Shown: piece by piece, positions 46,548 to 55,980 of the stretch
How the letters are laid out: each line of letters opens with the position of its first letter
Position numbering within the stretch: position 1 is the first letter of the stretch
Program-made: the position numbers and the translations under genes
IMG/VR virus record: IMGVR_UViG_3300045988_176431
Span: 96,001-160,000 of that record
From: a virus
Reading direction: 5' to 3' (one strand)
DNA length: 64,000 bases
Notes under the pieces: model-generated
What the model saw: only the letters and a program-made list of their open reading frames with translations
Told to the model about the DNA's origin: nothing
Database searches by the model: none

Positions 46548-47504
46548 ATGTCAGAATATATGACAGAGGCTAGTTTATCAGATTCTATGATATATAACCA
46601 ATTAAATCGTACGTCAAATGTATCCAGTACAGTAGTACGAGCATTAAGAACTGGTGTAAAATTAGACCGTTCTTATATTGAAGAGCAATATATTCAAGCA
46701 AAGAGAAGTAGAATTTCACCATTAGTAGATGATGTCTTGGAGGCTTTCGATAATGGAGAAATTGTTCTTATTTATAATAAACAAGTAAAAGTATCCATAG
46801 CAATTCCATTTATTGTTATGAATTCAGGAGGAAAGACTTGTTCCTATATCTTCATTTCAGATTTCTCAGGCATTACAAAAGATGGTGAAGCACTTACGGT
46901 TGAAATGAAGAAATTATATGTATTGATGGAATCTGCTTATATTGGAAAGATATTCTATACTTATCCGAATAAGTTTAAAAAGAGTGGTGCTCTCTTAAAA
47001 GTAACTGCTAACATTTATGCGTCGATGGGAATGAGAATCTTTAATAAAGAATTTGCTTTATCATTAGATAAAGACATCTATGATAAAGTTAATTATTCAA
47101 TGGCTCGATTCTTTTTAGAGAATATGATGGAAATTAAAAATACTCAAGTATCTCATGCTTATGCAAGTGCTTGTTGCTTAAATCCATCAAATATGACAAT
47201 TAAGGGAGTAGAAGATGAATATACAGCTGCTAATATCACAAAAGTTGATGAATTGATTAAATTTGTATCATCCATTAGTCCAAAGATGACAAAATTAAAT
47301 TTCCGTTATTTCTTTGAACGATGGATTTCAACTTATGGAACAAGTGCATGTTTATCAGTAGATGCTGTTCCATATTTATATTTAGTCATTATCAATGTAT
47401 TATTAGGAGCATTTCTTGTAAATACAACAACTCTTAATGATATGATTAAGAATACAAAACAAATTAATCTTTTTTATCCAGAGATTAAAAAGACTATTAT
47501 ATAG
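46548..47504 (+). CDS. hypothetical protein
   Basis: 318-aa ORF starting at ATG 46548. Confidence 0.6.
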   Translation: MSEYMTEASLSDSMIYNQLNRTSNVSSTVVRALRTGVKLDRSYIEEQYIQAKRSRISPLVDDVLEAFDNGEIVLIYNKQVKVSIAIPFIVMNSGGKTCSYIFISDFSGITKDGEALTVEMKKLYVLMESAYIGKIFYTYPNKFKKSGALLKVTANIYASMGMRIFNKEFALSLDKDIYDKVNYSMARFFLENMMEIKNTQVSHAYASACCLNPSNMTIKGVEDEYTAANITKVDELIKFVSSISPKMTKLNFRYFFERWISTYGTSACLSVDAVPYLYLVIINVLLGAFLVNTTTLNDMIKNTKQINLFYPEIKKTII

Positions 47505-47520
47505 AAAGGAGTAAATATTT

Positions 47521-48234
47521 ATGAAGTGTAAAAACGGTTTTATTACAATAAAAGATCCTTTAACAAAAAGACAAGTTCCTTTTTTTTTAAAATTCCGCTC
47601 ACAAGATGTTGTAGTAACAGATGCAGTTGATATTGAAGAGTATATGGTTAAAACCAGTGGATTATATGACTTAAAAAATTCAAAGCATGTAAATGAATAT
47701 TCTATGTATCATTATACTGCAGATGTTCATACAGATGGTGGTATGTATAATACAGAAAGTGTTTTTGGTAATCACTTAGTTTCCGATGTAACATATCTTT
47801 TTTATAAAGATGGACGATTAGAAATTTATGGTAATGCAAGAACAAAAGTTGCCAGTATTAAAGATCCGTTGACACATTCTTATCCAAGCATTTCAGGTGT
47901 TCGTATTCCTCTTCCTTATGGATTTACAAATGAATGGGAAAATAAACATGTTTCAAAGAATCTTGGTGTTAAAATGAATTATACAGAACTTTATAATGTG
48001 TTATACCATCCAGTTTATATAGACTCAGGAGATGATGCTAAAATTGAACATTATGATGGTGTATCAGACTCAGTTAACTCAGCTTTCTTAGGAAAGTATA
48101 AAGTAACAAATGCAAACTTGAATCCACCAGATAACAGTACAGTACGTTACATGATAGAATCTATGATGTTAGGTAAACCAACAGGTAATAATTGCGTTGA
48201 TTTATCCTTTAACATACGTACAACTTTCCGATAA
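47521..48234 (+). CDS. hypothetical protein
   Basis: 237-aa ORF with RBS GAAAGGAG. Confidence 0.6.
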   Translation: MKCKNGFITIKDPLTKRQVPFFLKFRSQDVVVTDAVDIEEYMVKTSGLYDLKNSKHVNEYSMYHYTADVHTDGGMYNTESVFGNHLVSDVTYLFYKDGRLEIYGNARTKVASIKDPLTHSYPSISGVRIPLPYGFTNEWENKHVSKNLGVKMNYTELYNVLYHPVYIDSGDDAKIEHYDGVSDSVNSAFLGKYKVTNANLNPPDNSTVRYMIESMMLGKPTGNNCVDLSFNIRTTFR

Positions 48235-48274
48235 AAAAAGAAGACAATGTAGAATTTCTACATTGTCTTCTTTA
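48233..48274. terminator. bidirectional terminator
   Basis: 13-bp stem GAAGACAATGTAG / CTACATTGTCTTC flanked by A7 and a T-run. Confidence 0.75.
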
Positions 48275-48281
48275 TTGTCCT

Positions 48282-49232
48282 TTAAATATACTCAACAGGA
48301 TATTTTCTACTATATTTATCTGTTGCTATATTTGTACTTCGGTTAATGTTAATTCCTTCTACTTTCGGTAATGGGTAATCTGGAATTACTTCATCATTGC
48401 TGTTTCTTGCTTCAAAATATACTTCGCCTGTTGATTGTTCTTCGATTGCATAAACAGTAACATCTTCTTTTTCATACTTAAGGTATTTATCAACCTCTTC
48501 ATTATTTTGAATATCGAGATTTTCTGAAATATCTTCAAAAAGGTCATCACTGTCACCATCTTCTACAATATCATATTCACCACCCATAATATTGGTGCGT
48601 CCCTCATTCAACATCTGTTTTAAGAATTTTGCAGAATATAAGTTCATATCTTCAATGTCACCATCTACAGATTTCATTTCTTTCTTTTCTTTCATAGAAA
48701 GATCTGCAATTGTTTTCTTTGTTGAAATTAAATTATTGATGATTTGCATGGATACACTACGACCGCTATTAATAGAAGCAATTAAATCTGTAGTAAATTT
48801 ACCAACACCTTTTGCTGCTGATTTATTTACTTCCATTAAGTTATATTTTTTCTGCAAGTCTTCTACAAATCGATTCTGATCAATTAAAAGATTTTTAAGA
48901 ATTGCTGTTTCATTTTCAAATTCTTTATTGTAATCTGTTAATTCACCATCTTTTTTCTTTTTCTTTTTTTTCTTCTTTTTACCATCTTCTGAATAATAAT
49001 CAAAGATACTAGTTTTTCGTTTCCCTTTTCTCTTTATTGGTTCTACTTTAAACGAAGAAATGGTAGATAACCACTCGTCTTCAGCTTCTTGTTCCAAGCG
49101 AGCTTTCTCTGCTTCTTTTTCTTTATCTTTTTTCTTTCCCTCTTTTACTGGTCGATTGGAAGATATAATCGAAGCAGGCTCCATATCTAATTCATCTAAT
49201 TCTGCAAGAATTAATTTTTTTTTCTTACCCAT
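48282..49232 (-). CDS. hypothetical protein with K9 run and acidic segments
   Basis: 316-aa ORF with RBS AAGGAAGGTG. Contains GKKKKKKKKKKDG encoded by a long A/G homopurine tract. Confidence 0.6.
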   Translation of the reverse strand: MGKKKKLILAELDELDMEPASIISSNRPVKEGKKKDKEKEAEKARLEQEAEDEWLSTISSFKVEPIKRKGKRKTSIFDYYSEDGKKKKKKKKKKDGELTDYNKEFENETAILKNLLIDQNRFVEDLQKKYNLMEVNKSAAKGVGKFTTDLIASINSGRSVSMQIINNLISTKKTIADLSMKEKKEMKSVDGDIEDMNLYSAKFLKQMLNEGRTNIMGGEYDIVEDGDSDDLFEDISENLDIQNNEEVDKYLKYEKEDVTVYAIEEQSTGEVYFEARNSNDEVIPDYPLPKVEGININRSTNIATDKYSRKYPVEYI

Positions 49233-49360
49233 CTAAGTTCACCTTCCTTTTTTACTTTTTATATCTGTGTTTTTTTAATGACTTTCTATGTATTGACAGT
49301 ATCTATATTTCTATAATATTTTTGACAAATCCTTAACGTAAAAATAGTGAGGTGAATAAA

Positions 49361-51247
49361 ATGATTGACTTTAATAATGATCATACATTACTGATTGATG
49401 TTCAGTATGTAAATGGAAATAAAAAAGAAAAACAACCGGATATGTTATATGTCATTTGGAAAGATACAAGAAAAAATGAAAAACATCTGGAAATTATCCC
49501 AGAACCTAAAATGACAATATATTTTGAAAAAGAAGAATTTAGAAATCATGATTATAATTTAAATTATCAAGAAAAAAAGAAAATGGTTCCTCTTACCTGT
49601 AAATATAAAGATATTAAATTTGCAATCGCAAATGAAATGGGTGAACCAGGAAAAAGATTTTTAGAGAATGTATTCTCAACAAAACGATATGGTGATTTAA
49701 GAGAATTAAATCGATATCCATTCGTGTTTGGACATGATTTTGATATTCGTACTTATTATCGATATCATTGGAGTAAATCCTGTCCAGAACCAAAAGAAAA
49801 GAAATTTAGTATTGGATTTTTGGATATCGAGACAGATTCTTTCGATATTGAAGGGTTCACAGATTCTGCAACTTGTCCAGTAGACTTGGTAACAATTATT
49901 GATTCAGAACATATGAAATCATATACATTAGCACTTACTGGACAAATTTATGAAGAGAAAGATTTTTCTCATATTCCAGATAGTGACCCAAATAAAAAAA
50001 GATTAATTGAAGAGGAACATGAAAGAAAAAAATGGCACGATTACAGAAATCAACAAGAAGATGAGTTGATTAATAACTTAGATAAATTAAAAGATGAACT
50101 TCATGAGATGTTTGATGAAACTTATGGAGAATTAGAATATAATTTTTATTTTTATAAGAGTGAAAAGAAGTTATTGATTCATTTATTTCAGTTGATTAAT
50201 CAATTAAAACTTGATTTTATGTTAATTTGGAATATGTCATTCGATATTCCTTATCTTATTGATCGAATGATGATCAATGGATTAGACCCAAAAGAAATTA
50301 TGTGTCATCCAGATTTTCCAGTTAAAGAGTGCCGCTTTAATAAAGATACGAGAAATTTTGAAGTTAAAAATAAATCCGATAACTTCCAATTAAGTTCTTA
50401 TACTATTTTTTATGACCAAATGATTCTATATGCAGCAATTCGTAAAGGACAAGAAGAACTTCGTTCTCATAAATTGAATTATATTGGTGAACGTGAAGTA
50501 GGTGATAAAAAATTAGATTACTCGGAAGAAGGAAATATCAAAAAACTTCCTTATGTGAATTATTGGAAATATGTTATTTACAATATTAAGGACGTTCTTC
50601 TTCAGATGGGAATTGAAAGAGCGACAGATGATATTAGTACTCTTTATGTAACATCTTATGAAAACTTAACTAGTTACAAAGATGTATTTAAACAAACCGT
50701 TGTACTTCGTAATGTACAATATAAATCTTTCTTATCAAAAGGATTGGTGCCAGGTGCAAATATTAACCAATTGGATATATTCTCAAATAAAAATAAGAAT
50801 ACTTTTGATGATGGTGAAAAAGAGGATGATGATGGAGTAAACTTTGAGGGTGCTCTTGTAGGTAATCCTTTATTAATTAACAAATTTGGGTCTGAGATTT
50901 ATGGAAAAAAGACAAATTATTTGTTTGATTTCTCAATTGATATGGATATGTCAGCATTTTATCCAAATACAATTCATGTATTAAATATTGATGCATCTAC
51001 CTTAATATTCAAAGCAATTGTTGACCCGAGACAATATGATGTAAGAGGTGGAAAAATTCCTTTTAAAGGAATTACTGATGTCCAATTAGTAAAAGAAAAT
51101 GATGATAGTTTTAAGGATGATATTGGTGGAGAAATCTTTGATAACTTCCACTCTAAGAATTATCTATCCTTAGGATATAAATTTTTAAATTTACCATCAG
51201 CAGAAGAAATGCAAAAAATATTAGAAAATGAGGTAGATAAAGGATGA
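49361..51247 (+). CDS. polB: family-B DNA polymerase, N-terminal half (3'-5' exonuclease + motif A)
   Basis: Exo I FLDIETDS, Exo II IWNMSFDIPYL, Exo III YVIYNIKDV, motif A DMDMSAFYPN. Stops before motif B. Confidence 0.8.
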   Translation: MIDFNNDHTLLIDVQYVNGNKKEKQPDMLYVIWKDTRKNEKHLEIIPEPKMTIYFEKEEFRNHDYNLNYQEKKKMVPLTCKYKDIKFAIANEMGEPGKRFLENVFSTKRYGDLRELNRYPFVFGHDFDIRTYYRYHWSKSCPEPKEKKFSIGFLDIETDSFDIEGFTDSATCPVDLVTIIDSEHMKSYTLALTGQIYEEKDFSHIPDSDPNKKRLIEEEHERKKWHDYRNQQEDELINNLDKLKDELHEMFDETYGELEYNFYFYKSEKKLLIHLFQLINQLKLDFMLIWNMSFDIPYLIDRMMINGLDPKEIMCHPDFPVKECRFNKDTRNFEVKNKSDNFQLSSYTIFYDQMILYAAIRKGQEELRSHKLNYIGEREVGDKKLDYSEEGNIKKLPYVNYWKYVIYNIKDVLLQMGIERATDDISTLYVTSYENLTSYKDVFKQTVVLRNVQYKSFLSKGLVPGANINQLDIFSNKNKNTFDDGEKEDDDGVNFEGALVGNPLLINKFGSEIYGKKTNYLFDFSIDMDMSAFYPNTIHVLNIDASTLIFKAIVDPRQYDVRGGKIPFKGITDVQLVKENDDSFKDDIGGEIFDNFHSKNYLSLGYKFLNLPSAEEMQKILENEVDKG

Positions 51248-51840
51248 AACAAAAAAGTGATAAAGACATTATAAGAGATTTATTTGTAAAACTAAAACCA
51301 ATCTTTTTTTCTGATGTATATATTTATGATTGGAAATATATTATTGAAGGAGAAGATTCTGATAAAAGAATTAGCGGAAGATACTTATGTATATTAAAAG
51401 ATAAATACGTAGATGCATTGAAAGTATTATTTCCAAATGCTAAAGTTTTATATATTGAAGATTTGATAAAGATAAAAGATGATATGGACCAATATTATCA
51501 AGAGAAAAACGATAAAAGTCTTCTATATGAATTAATCGTTAAAAAAAGATTGCAAGAGAGTGAAAAAAATAATTGGAAAAAAATAATTGAAGAGTGTGAA
51601 GGAATTGATCATATCATTTATGATTTAAATCACATTTATACAATTAAAACAAAACGAAATGATGAATGTATTGAAGTTGGGAAACCATTACTACCAACGA
51701 TAACAGCAAAAAGTATTCAAGAACTTCTATTTTGTATTAATTATGATACAGAGAGAGAACTATATGATATTAATTTCAAACATAATCATTCACATTTTGA
51801 ATTATTTATGAAATATTATGCAGTTCCTATGAAGGAATAA
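51244..51840 (+). CDS. hypothetical protein
   Basis: 198-aa ORF. ATGA overlap with the upstream gene. Confidence 0.6.
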   Translation: MKQKSDKDIIRDLFVKLKPIFFSDVYIYDWKYIIEGEDSDKRISGRYLCILKDKYVDALKVLFPNAKVLYIEDLIKIKDDMDQYYQEKNDKSLLYELIVKKRLQESEKNNWKKIIEECEGIDHIIYDLNHIYTIKTKRNDECIEVGKPLLPTITAKSIQELLFCINYDTERELYDINFKHNHSHFELFMKYYAVPMKE

Positions 51841-51886
51841 GTAAATAGAGATAGACAGATTTTCCTGTCTATCTCTATTTACTTTT
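51841..51886. terminator. bidirectional terminator
   Basis: 18-bp stem GTAAATAGAGATAGACAG / CTGTCTATCTCTATTTAC. Confidence 0.8.
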
Positions 51887-51888
51887 AA

Positions 51889-52746
51889 TCATGAGGTAAT
51901 ATTTCTTGAGAGATTTAATGAGTAACATCTAACTGAACGATTAGAACTTGGAGTTATAAAAACACCAGTACCCAAAGGATATCCTGTTTTGGATCCATCT
52001 TCATTACTATCGATAGATATTCCAACTGCTGAATTCCAAGCATTTGATATAAAATTTCTACCAGATTTTGTTAAATATGCTACAGGCATTATACCATATT
52101 CAGCGAATATTGGGTGTGTTAAATCAAGGAAAAAAATATTTTTTTCCGATGTATGATTATCAATTATATGAATACAAAATACTTTTTGTACATCTTGATT
52201 ACTTGAAATATCGTTCCAATGAATTTTACCGTCAGACCAATCTCCTGAATTTGCTAATTGTATAAGATATCCCTTGCTATTATCTCCTGTTACCAATTGA
52301 TCTTCATTTATTTCGCTAAATGAATCGGTTAAAGCTAATATTTTTGCAGTATGTGCTGATATTACAGCAGAATTAGAACCAGAGCTTGAGCTAGAAGATA
52401 AATCTTTTATCTTATTATTAAGAGTTGTTATCTTAGTATTTAAGTCCTGTTGTACTTGATATACCATGTTAGGAGTTACTACAGCGGAATCTCCAGGATA
52501 AGGAGTTGTAGTAGTAACTTTAGGGAGAAATGCTCCATCCTTTAAATCATAAACAGCCTTGTTAATCACCTTTAATGCATTACGTAATGTTAAAGGAGAA
52601 GAGGATTTCACGATATTATGTGAAGTACCTATAAGGTCGTCGTAACCATTTTGAGAATAAACAGCATCCATATCTGTATATGGTAAATATGTGTTTTTTT
52701 CATCATTTTCATTGTATAAGTTTAAAAAAGCACGATAAGTTGCCAT
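51889..52746 (-). CDS. fibre/receptor-binding-like protein, currently expressed form of the switch locus
   Basis: 285-aa ORF with RBS AGAAAGGAATG. Codons 39-107 lie in the inverted repeat. Has a coiled-coil-like segment, a poly-Ser linker, then a unique C-terminal domain. Confidence 0.65.
   Translation of the reverse strand: MATYRAFLNLYNENDEKNTYLPYTDMDAVYSQNGYDDLIGTSHNIVKSSSPLTLRNALKVINKAVYDLKDGAFLPKVTTTTPYPGDSAVVTPNMVYQVQQDLNTKITTLNNKIKDLSSSSSSGSNSAVISAHTAKILALTDSFSEINEDQLVTGDNSKGYLIQLANSGDWSDGKIHWNDISSNQDVQKVFCIHIIDNHTSEKNIFFLDLTHPIFAEYGIMPVAYLTKSGRNFISNAWNSAVGISIDSNEDGSKTGYPLGTGVFITPSSNRSVRCYSLNLSRNITS
52427..52632 (-). repeat. inverted repeat, left copy (206 bp, 100% identical to 52889-53094)
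   Basis: Base-by-base reverse-complement comparison by eye shows no mismatch. Identity stops abruptly at both ends. Confidence 0.9.
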
Positions 52747-52888
52747 TAATAATCATTCCTTTCTTTATAAAAATTTCCTATATTTATTATAGGATTGTTT
52801 TTATACAAAATATGATACATTTTTATTGTATTTTTTGTCCCATACTTTTAAAAAACTGTCTTTTGAAGTCTATTAATATCATAAATAC

Positions 52889-53094
52889 ATAGGTACTTCA
52901 CATAATATCGTGAAATCCTCTTCTCCTTTAACATTACGTAATGCATTAAAGGTGATTAACAAGGCTGTTTATGATTTAAAGGATGGAGCATTTCTCCCTA
53001 AAGTTACTACTACAACTCCTTATCCTGGAGATTCCGCTGTAGTAACTCCTAACATGGTATATCAAGTACAACAGGACTTAAATACTAAGATAAC
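52889..53094 (+). repeat. inverted repeat, right copy
   Basis: Encodes the same 68 aa (IGTSHNIVKSSSPLTLRNALKVINKAVYDLKDGAFLPKVTTTTPYPGDSAVVTPNMVYQVQQDLNTKIT). Confidence 0.9.
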
Positions 53095-53653
53095 TGCTAT
53101 GACCAATCGAATTTCTAAATTAGAAAGTAATGAAATAACAGAAGAAACTATTTATGATATAAATTCTAGAGTAAATTGGATATATAGTTCATTGATTAGT
53201 AAGTTACCTGAACCAATTGATGACTCTGGTGAAATTACTGAAACAGAATCATCATATGATGTTGTTCTTGGAAAAACGTCAAATATAGAAGTTAAGTATA
53301 GTGACTTATATGAACATTATAAAGGAAAAATTATTTTTGTTCATGTACGTGCTGTTCTTCAAGATCATAGTACATCTTTTAATGCGTATTATTCGTTAGA
53401 CCTTACAAATAAATTAAGCAAATTCGGACAACAAAAATTAAGGTTTTTATTTGGTACTGATAATAATTTAAATATTATATTAGATAAGGATTATTTTGAA
53501 TCAGAAACGACGATGAAAAATATCTTTAAGAATTCTACTATTGTGGGTTCTAAAAATGCTGCTACTATAACATTTAATGTAGATAATAGTGGAGAGATTT
53601 GGAAATTTCAAGTTAAAACATATAATGAAAATATTTTCAAATCAAGAATATAA
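52889..53653 (+). other. promoterless, start-less alternative C-terminal cassette
   Basis: Reading frame is open through the repeat into a different 186-aa C-terminal domain. No RBS or N-terminal 38 codons in this orientation. Has its own downstream terminator. Confidence 0.6.
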
Positions 53654-53661
53654 AAATAAAG

Positions 53662-53698
53662 AAAATCAGACGGTGAATTATTTTCACCGTCTGATTTT
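53662..53698. terminator. bidirectional terminator
   Basis: 16-bp stem AAAATCAGACGGTGAA / TTCACCGTCTGATTTT. Confidence 0.8.
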
Positions 53699-53704
53699 AT
53701 ATTC

Positions 53705-54433
53705 CTATAAACTGTCAATATATAAATCATCAATAACTGATTCTAATGTAACATCTTTTTCTTTTTCTCCTTGTTTTGGAAGTTTGTCTACCCATGTCCG
53801 TAAACTGTTCATATATTTTGCTTTCCATTTATTAAAAGCATCTACAGGAAGTCCATCTGTAATTTTATAACTTGGTGGTTTTACATAGATTGCTGACTTA
53901 TCTTCATCTAAAACTTTTAATTCCCAATGTTTTGGAGCTGTAGAAAAGTCATAGTCTTTTGCAAACACAACTCTTGCAGTAGAATATAATTTTTTGTGTA
54001 AAACTCCATCACGAAACACATCCTTTTTAACTCTTCCTGATGGATGTCCTGAACAAGAATATTTCGTTACATATCCTTTCTCATTCAGTTTATCAATAAC
54101 ATCTTTAATGTCTTCATCAATATCTTTTTTTGATTCTGTAAAGATATCTTCCTCTTCATCAAAAAAGCAATATCCTTCTAATGTAGGAACTTCTTCTTCA
54201 CAATCTTTACATTCTTCTTTTTTCGTAGATAAATCTAAAGAATCAAATACTTTATTGATAGATTTTGTTAATGTATTATCTCCATCACTTTCTTTATCAA
54301 ATTCTTCATTATTAGAATCAATCATTTCTTCAATGCTTGTATCTGATAAAGAATTTTCTTTTTGGTCAGAATTTATTGGAACAACTGGAAGCATTTGTCC
54401 AACAGAAAATTCTTCCATTGCATTATTAGCCAT
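53705..54433 (-). CDS. hypothetical protein (acidic N-terminal half)
   Basis: 242-aa ORF with RBS AGAAAGGACGTG. Confidence 0.6.
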   Translation of the reverse strand: MANNAMEEFSVGQMLPVVPINSDQKENSLSDTSIEEMIDSNNEEFDKESDGDNTLTKSINKVFDSLDLSTKKEECKDCEEEVPTLEGYCFFDEEEDIFTESKKDIDEDIKDVIDKLNEKGYVTKYSCSGHPSGRVKKDVFRDGVLHKKLYSTARVVFAKDYDFSTAPKHWELKVLDEDKSAIYVKPPSYKITDGLPVDAFNKWKAKYMNSLRTWVDKLPKQGEKEKDVTLESVIDDLYIDSL

Positions 54434-54589
54434 TTAATTCACGTCCTTTCTTAATTTCTTTTTCATTAAGATAATGTTTTTATGGATAAAATATACTAGA
54501 ATTTATTTTATTTTTCTTTTTTTATACTTGATACATTCTTATAAAAAACATTAAATTAATGAAATTAATTTTAAAAGGAGGTACTATAA

Positions 54590-55735
54590 ATGTCTAGTTT
54601 TGATGATATTTTAGCACAACCTCTTCCATCTCAGAGACACTTATTTGAGAGTGCTGAAGATGAGAAGAAAGAGGAAAAAGATAAGGAAGTAGATCGTCAG
54701 GCAATTGTAGATGCAATTGGAGAAGTTTTAGATGACTTTGAAGATATCGAAGCAGATACTGATGATTTCTTATCTGGTGATGAAGACAAAATCGAAATTG
54801 ATGATGCAGATGATGATTTCATTAAGAAATTAAAATCAGCATTAAAAGATTATAAAGAAATTGAGATTGAAAAAGATGATGATGAGGTTACAATTTCTTT
54901 AAAACAGGAAAGTGTAGAAGATTTCATTAATAGTCTCGATTTCTTTGGTGAAAGTGAAGAAGATAATTCTGATTTATCAGAAGATGGTGAAGAAGACGAT
55001 ATGTCGGAAGACGGAGAAGATGATAACTCTGCTGATGTCGCTGAAGGAACTGATGATATGGAAGAATTCGGTGAAGATGATGAAGCCAAAGAGTGTGGCT
55101 CCCAAGAGGAATGTGGTGATACAGATCTTGACGAAGACTTCGGTGAAGATGATGACGAAGATGAAGATGACGAAGATATCGATAATGCCTTAGATGATTT
55201 AGAAGATCAATCAGAGGATGATATTGAAACTGGTCTTATGAATGCAGATGATAATAGTGAGGAAAATGAAGACCTCACCCCTGCAGAAGACCAGAAAGCA
55301 GATGACATGTTAGCAATGGTAGCAACACCAATGTTAATTAAAGATGAATTAACAGCAGAAGAATCTGTTAACTTCTATGAAAGTGCTGATTCTGATATCG
55401 CTGTCGATGAGGGTCTTATTATGGAATCTGATTTAGATGAAATCTTTACGGAAGGCGTATTCGCTTCACCAAATCGTCCATTCAAGATGACAAAAAAAGC
55501 TCGTTTTAAACAGCTTTATGAACTTTCTGTTCAGATTGAAGCAAGAGCACATCGTGACCCTAAGATGAAACAGTTAGATCGTGCTTATAAGATTGAGCGT
55601 AAGATTAAAGCTGAACTTAGAAATAAGTATGGTACAGCTGCTAAGAAACGTGCTATGATTTACTTGAAGAGATTGATGAAATCGAAATCAGGTGTTCTGA
55701 AAAACTTAGGAAGAAAGATGTTACCTAAGAAATAA
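54590..55735 (+). CDS. extremely acidic protein with basic C-terminal helix region
   Basis: 381 aa; long D/E tracts (e.g. GEDDDEDEDDEDID); the last ~80 aa are K/R-rich. RBS AAGGAGG. Confidence 0.65.
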   Translation: MSSFDDILAQPLPSQRHLFESAEDEKKEEKDKEVDRQAIVDAIGEVLDDFEDIEADTDDFLSGDEDKIEIDDADDDFIKKLKSALKDYKEIEIEKDDDEVTISLKQESVEDFINSLDFFGESEEDNSDLSEDGEEDDMSEDGEDDNSADVAEGTDDMEEFGEDDEAKECGSQEECGDTDLDEDFGEDDDEDEDDEDIDNALDDLEDQSEDDIETGLMNADDNSEENEDLTPAEDQKADDMLAMVATPMLIKDELTAEESVNFYESADSDIAVDEGLIMESDLDEIFTEGVFASPNRPFKMTKKARFKQLYELSVQIEARAHRDPKMKQLDRAYKIERKIKAELRNKYGTAAKKRAMIYLKRLMKSKSGVLKNLGRKMLPKK

Positions 55736-55743
55736 AAAAATAA

Positions 55744-55776
55744 AGAGAGAAGTATGAATCATTCATACTTCTCTCT
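55744..55776. terminator. bidirectional terminator
   Basis: 15-bp stem AGAGAGAAGTATGAA / TTCATACTTCTCTCT. A second hairpin at 55780-55812 overlaps the minus-gene stop. Confidence 0.7.
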
Positions 55777-55794
55777 TATGTGCCGGATGAGAGT

Positions 55795-55980
55795 TTAGTT
55801 CTCATCCGGCACATATCTTTTCTTTAATTTTTCGATCTCTTCATCTAAGAGATCATTGGTTTTCTGCATCGAATCAATTGCATCATCAATTGTCCGATTA
55901 CAATCTCTGATATATGCAATAGTTCCTGCTACACCAGTTACCAACATTGTTATTCCTGCTCCAATAATAAGTCCTTTCAT
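55795..55980 (-). CDS. small single-pass membrane protein
   Basis: ATG 55980 is 9 nt after AGAAAGG. TM segment GLIIGAGITMLVTGVAGTIAYI. Confidence 0.55.
   Translation of the reverse strand: MKGLIIGAGITMLVTGVAGTIAYIRDCNRTIDDAIDSMQKTNDLLDEEIEKLKKRYVPDEN

Noticed and set aside
49293-49317. TTGACA .. TATAAT host-type promoter upstream of the PolB N-half
   Set aside because: The spacing between the hexamers is only 13 nt, outside the 16-18 nt needed for sigma-70/sigA-type promoters. Not called.
52910-53653. ORF 52910..53653 as an ordinary GTG-initiated gene
   Set aside because: The GTG lies inside the 206-bp inverted repeat, with no RBS. The repeat encodes an internal segment of the opposite gene. 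It is better explained as a silent alternative cassette.
53994-54437. 147-aa plus-strand ORF
   Set aside because: It is an antisense shadow of 53705..54433, Ser-rich because it mirrors a D/E-rich gene, and it has no RBS.
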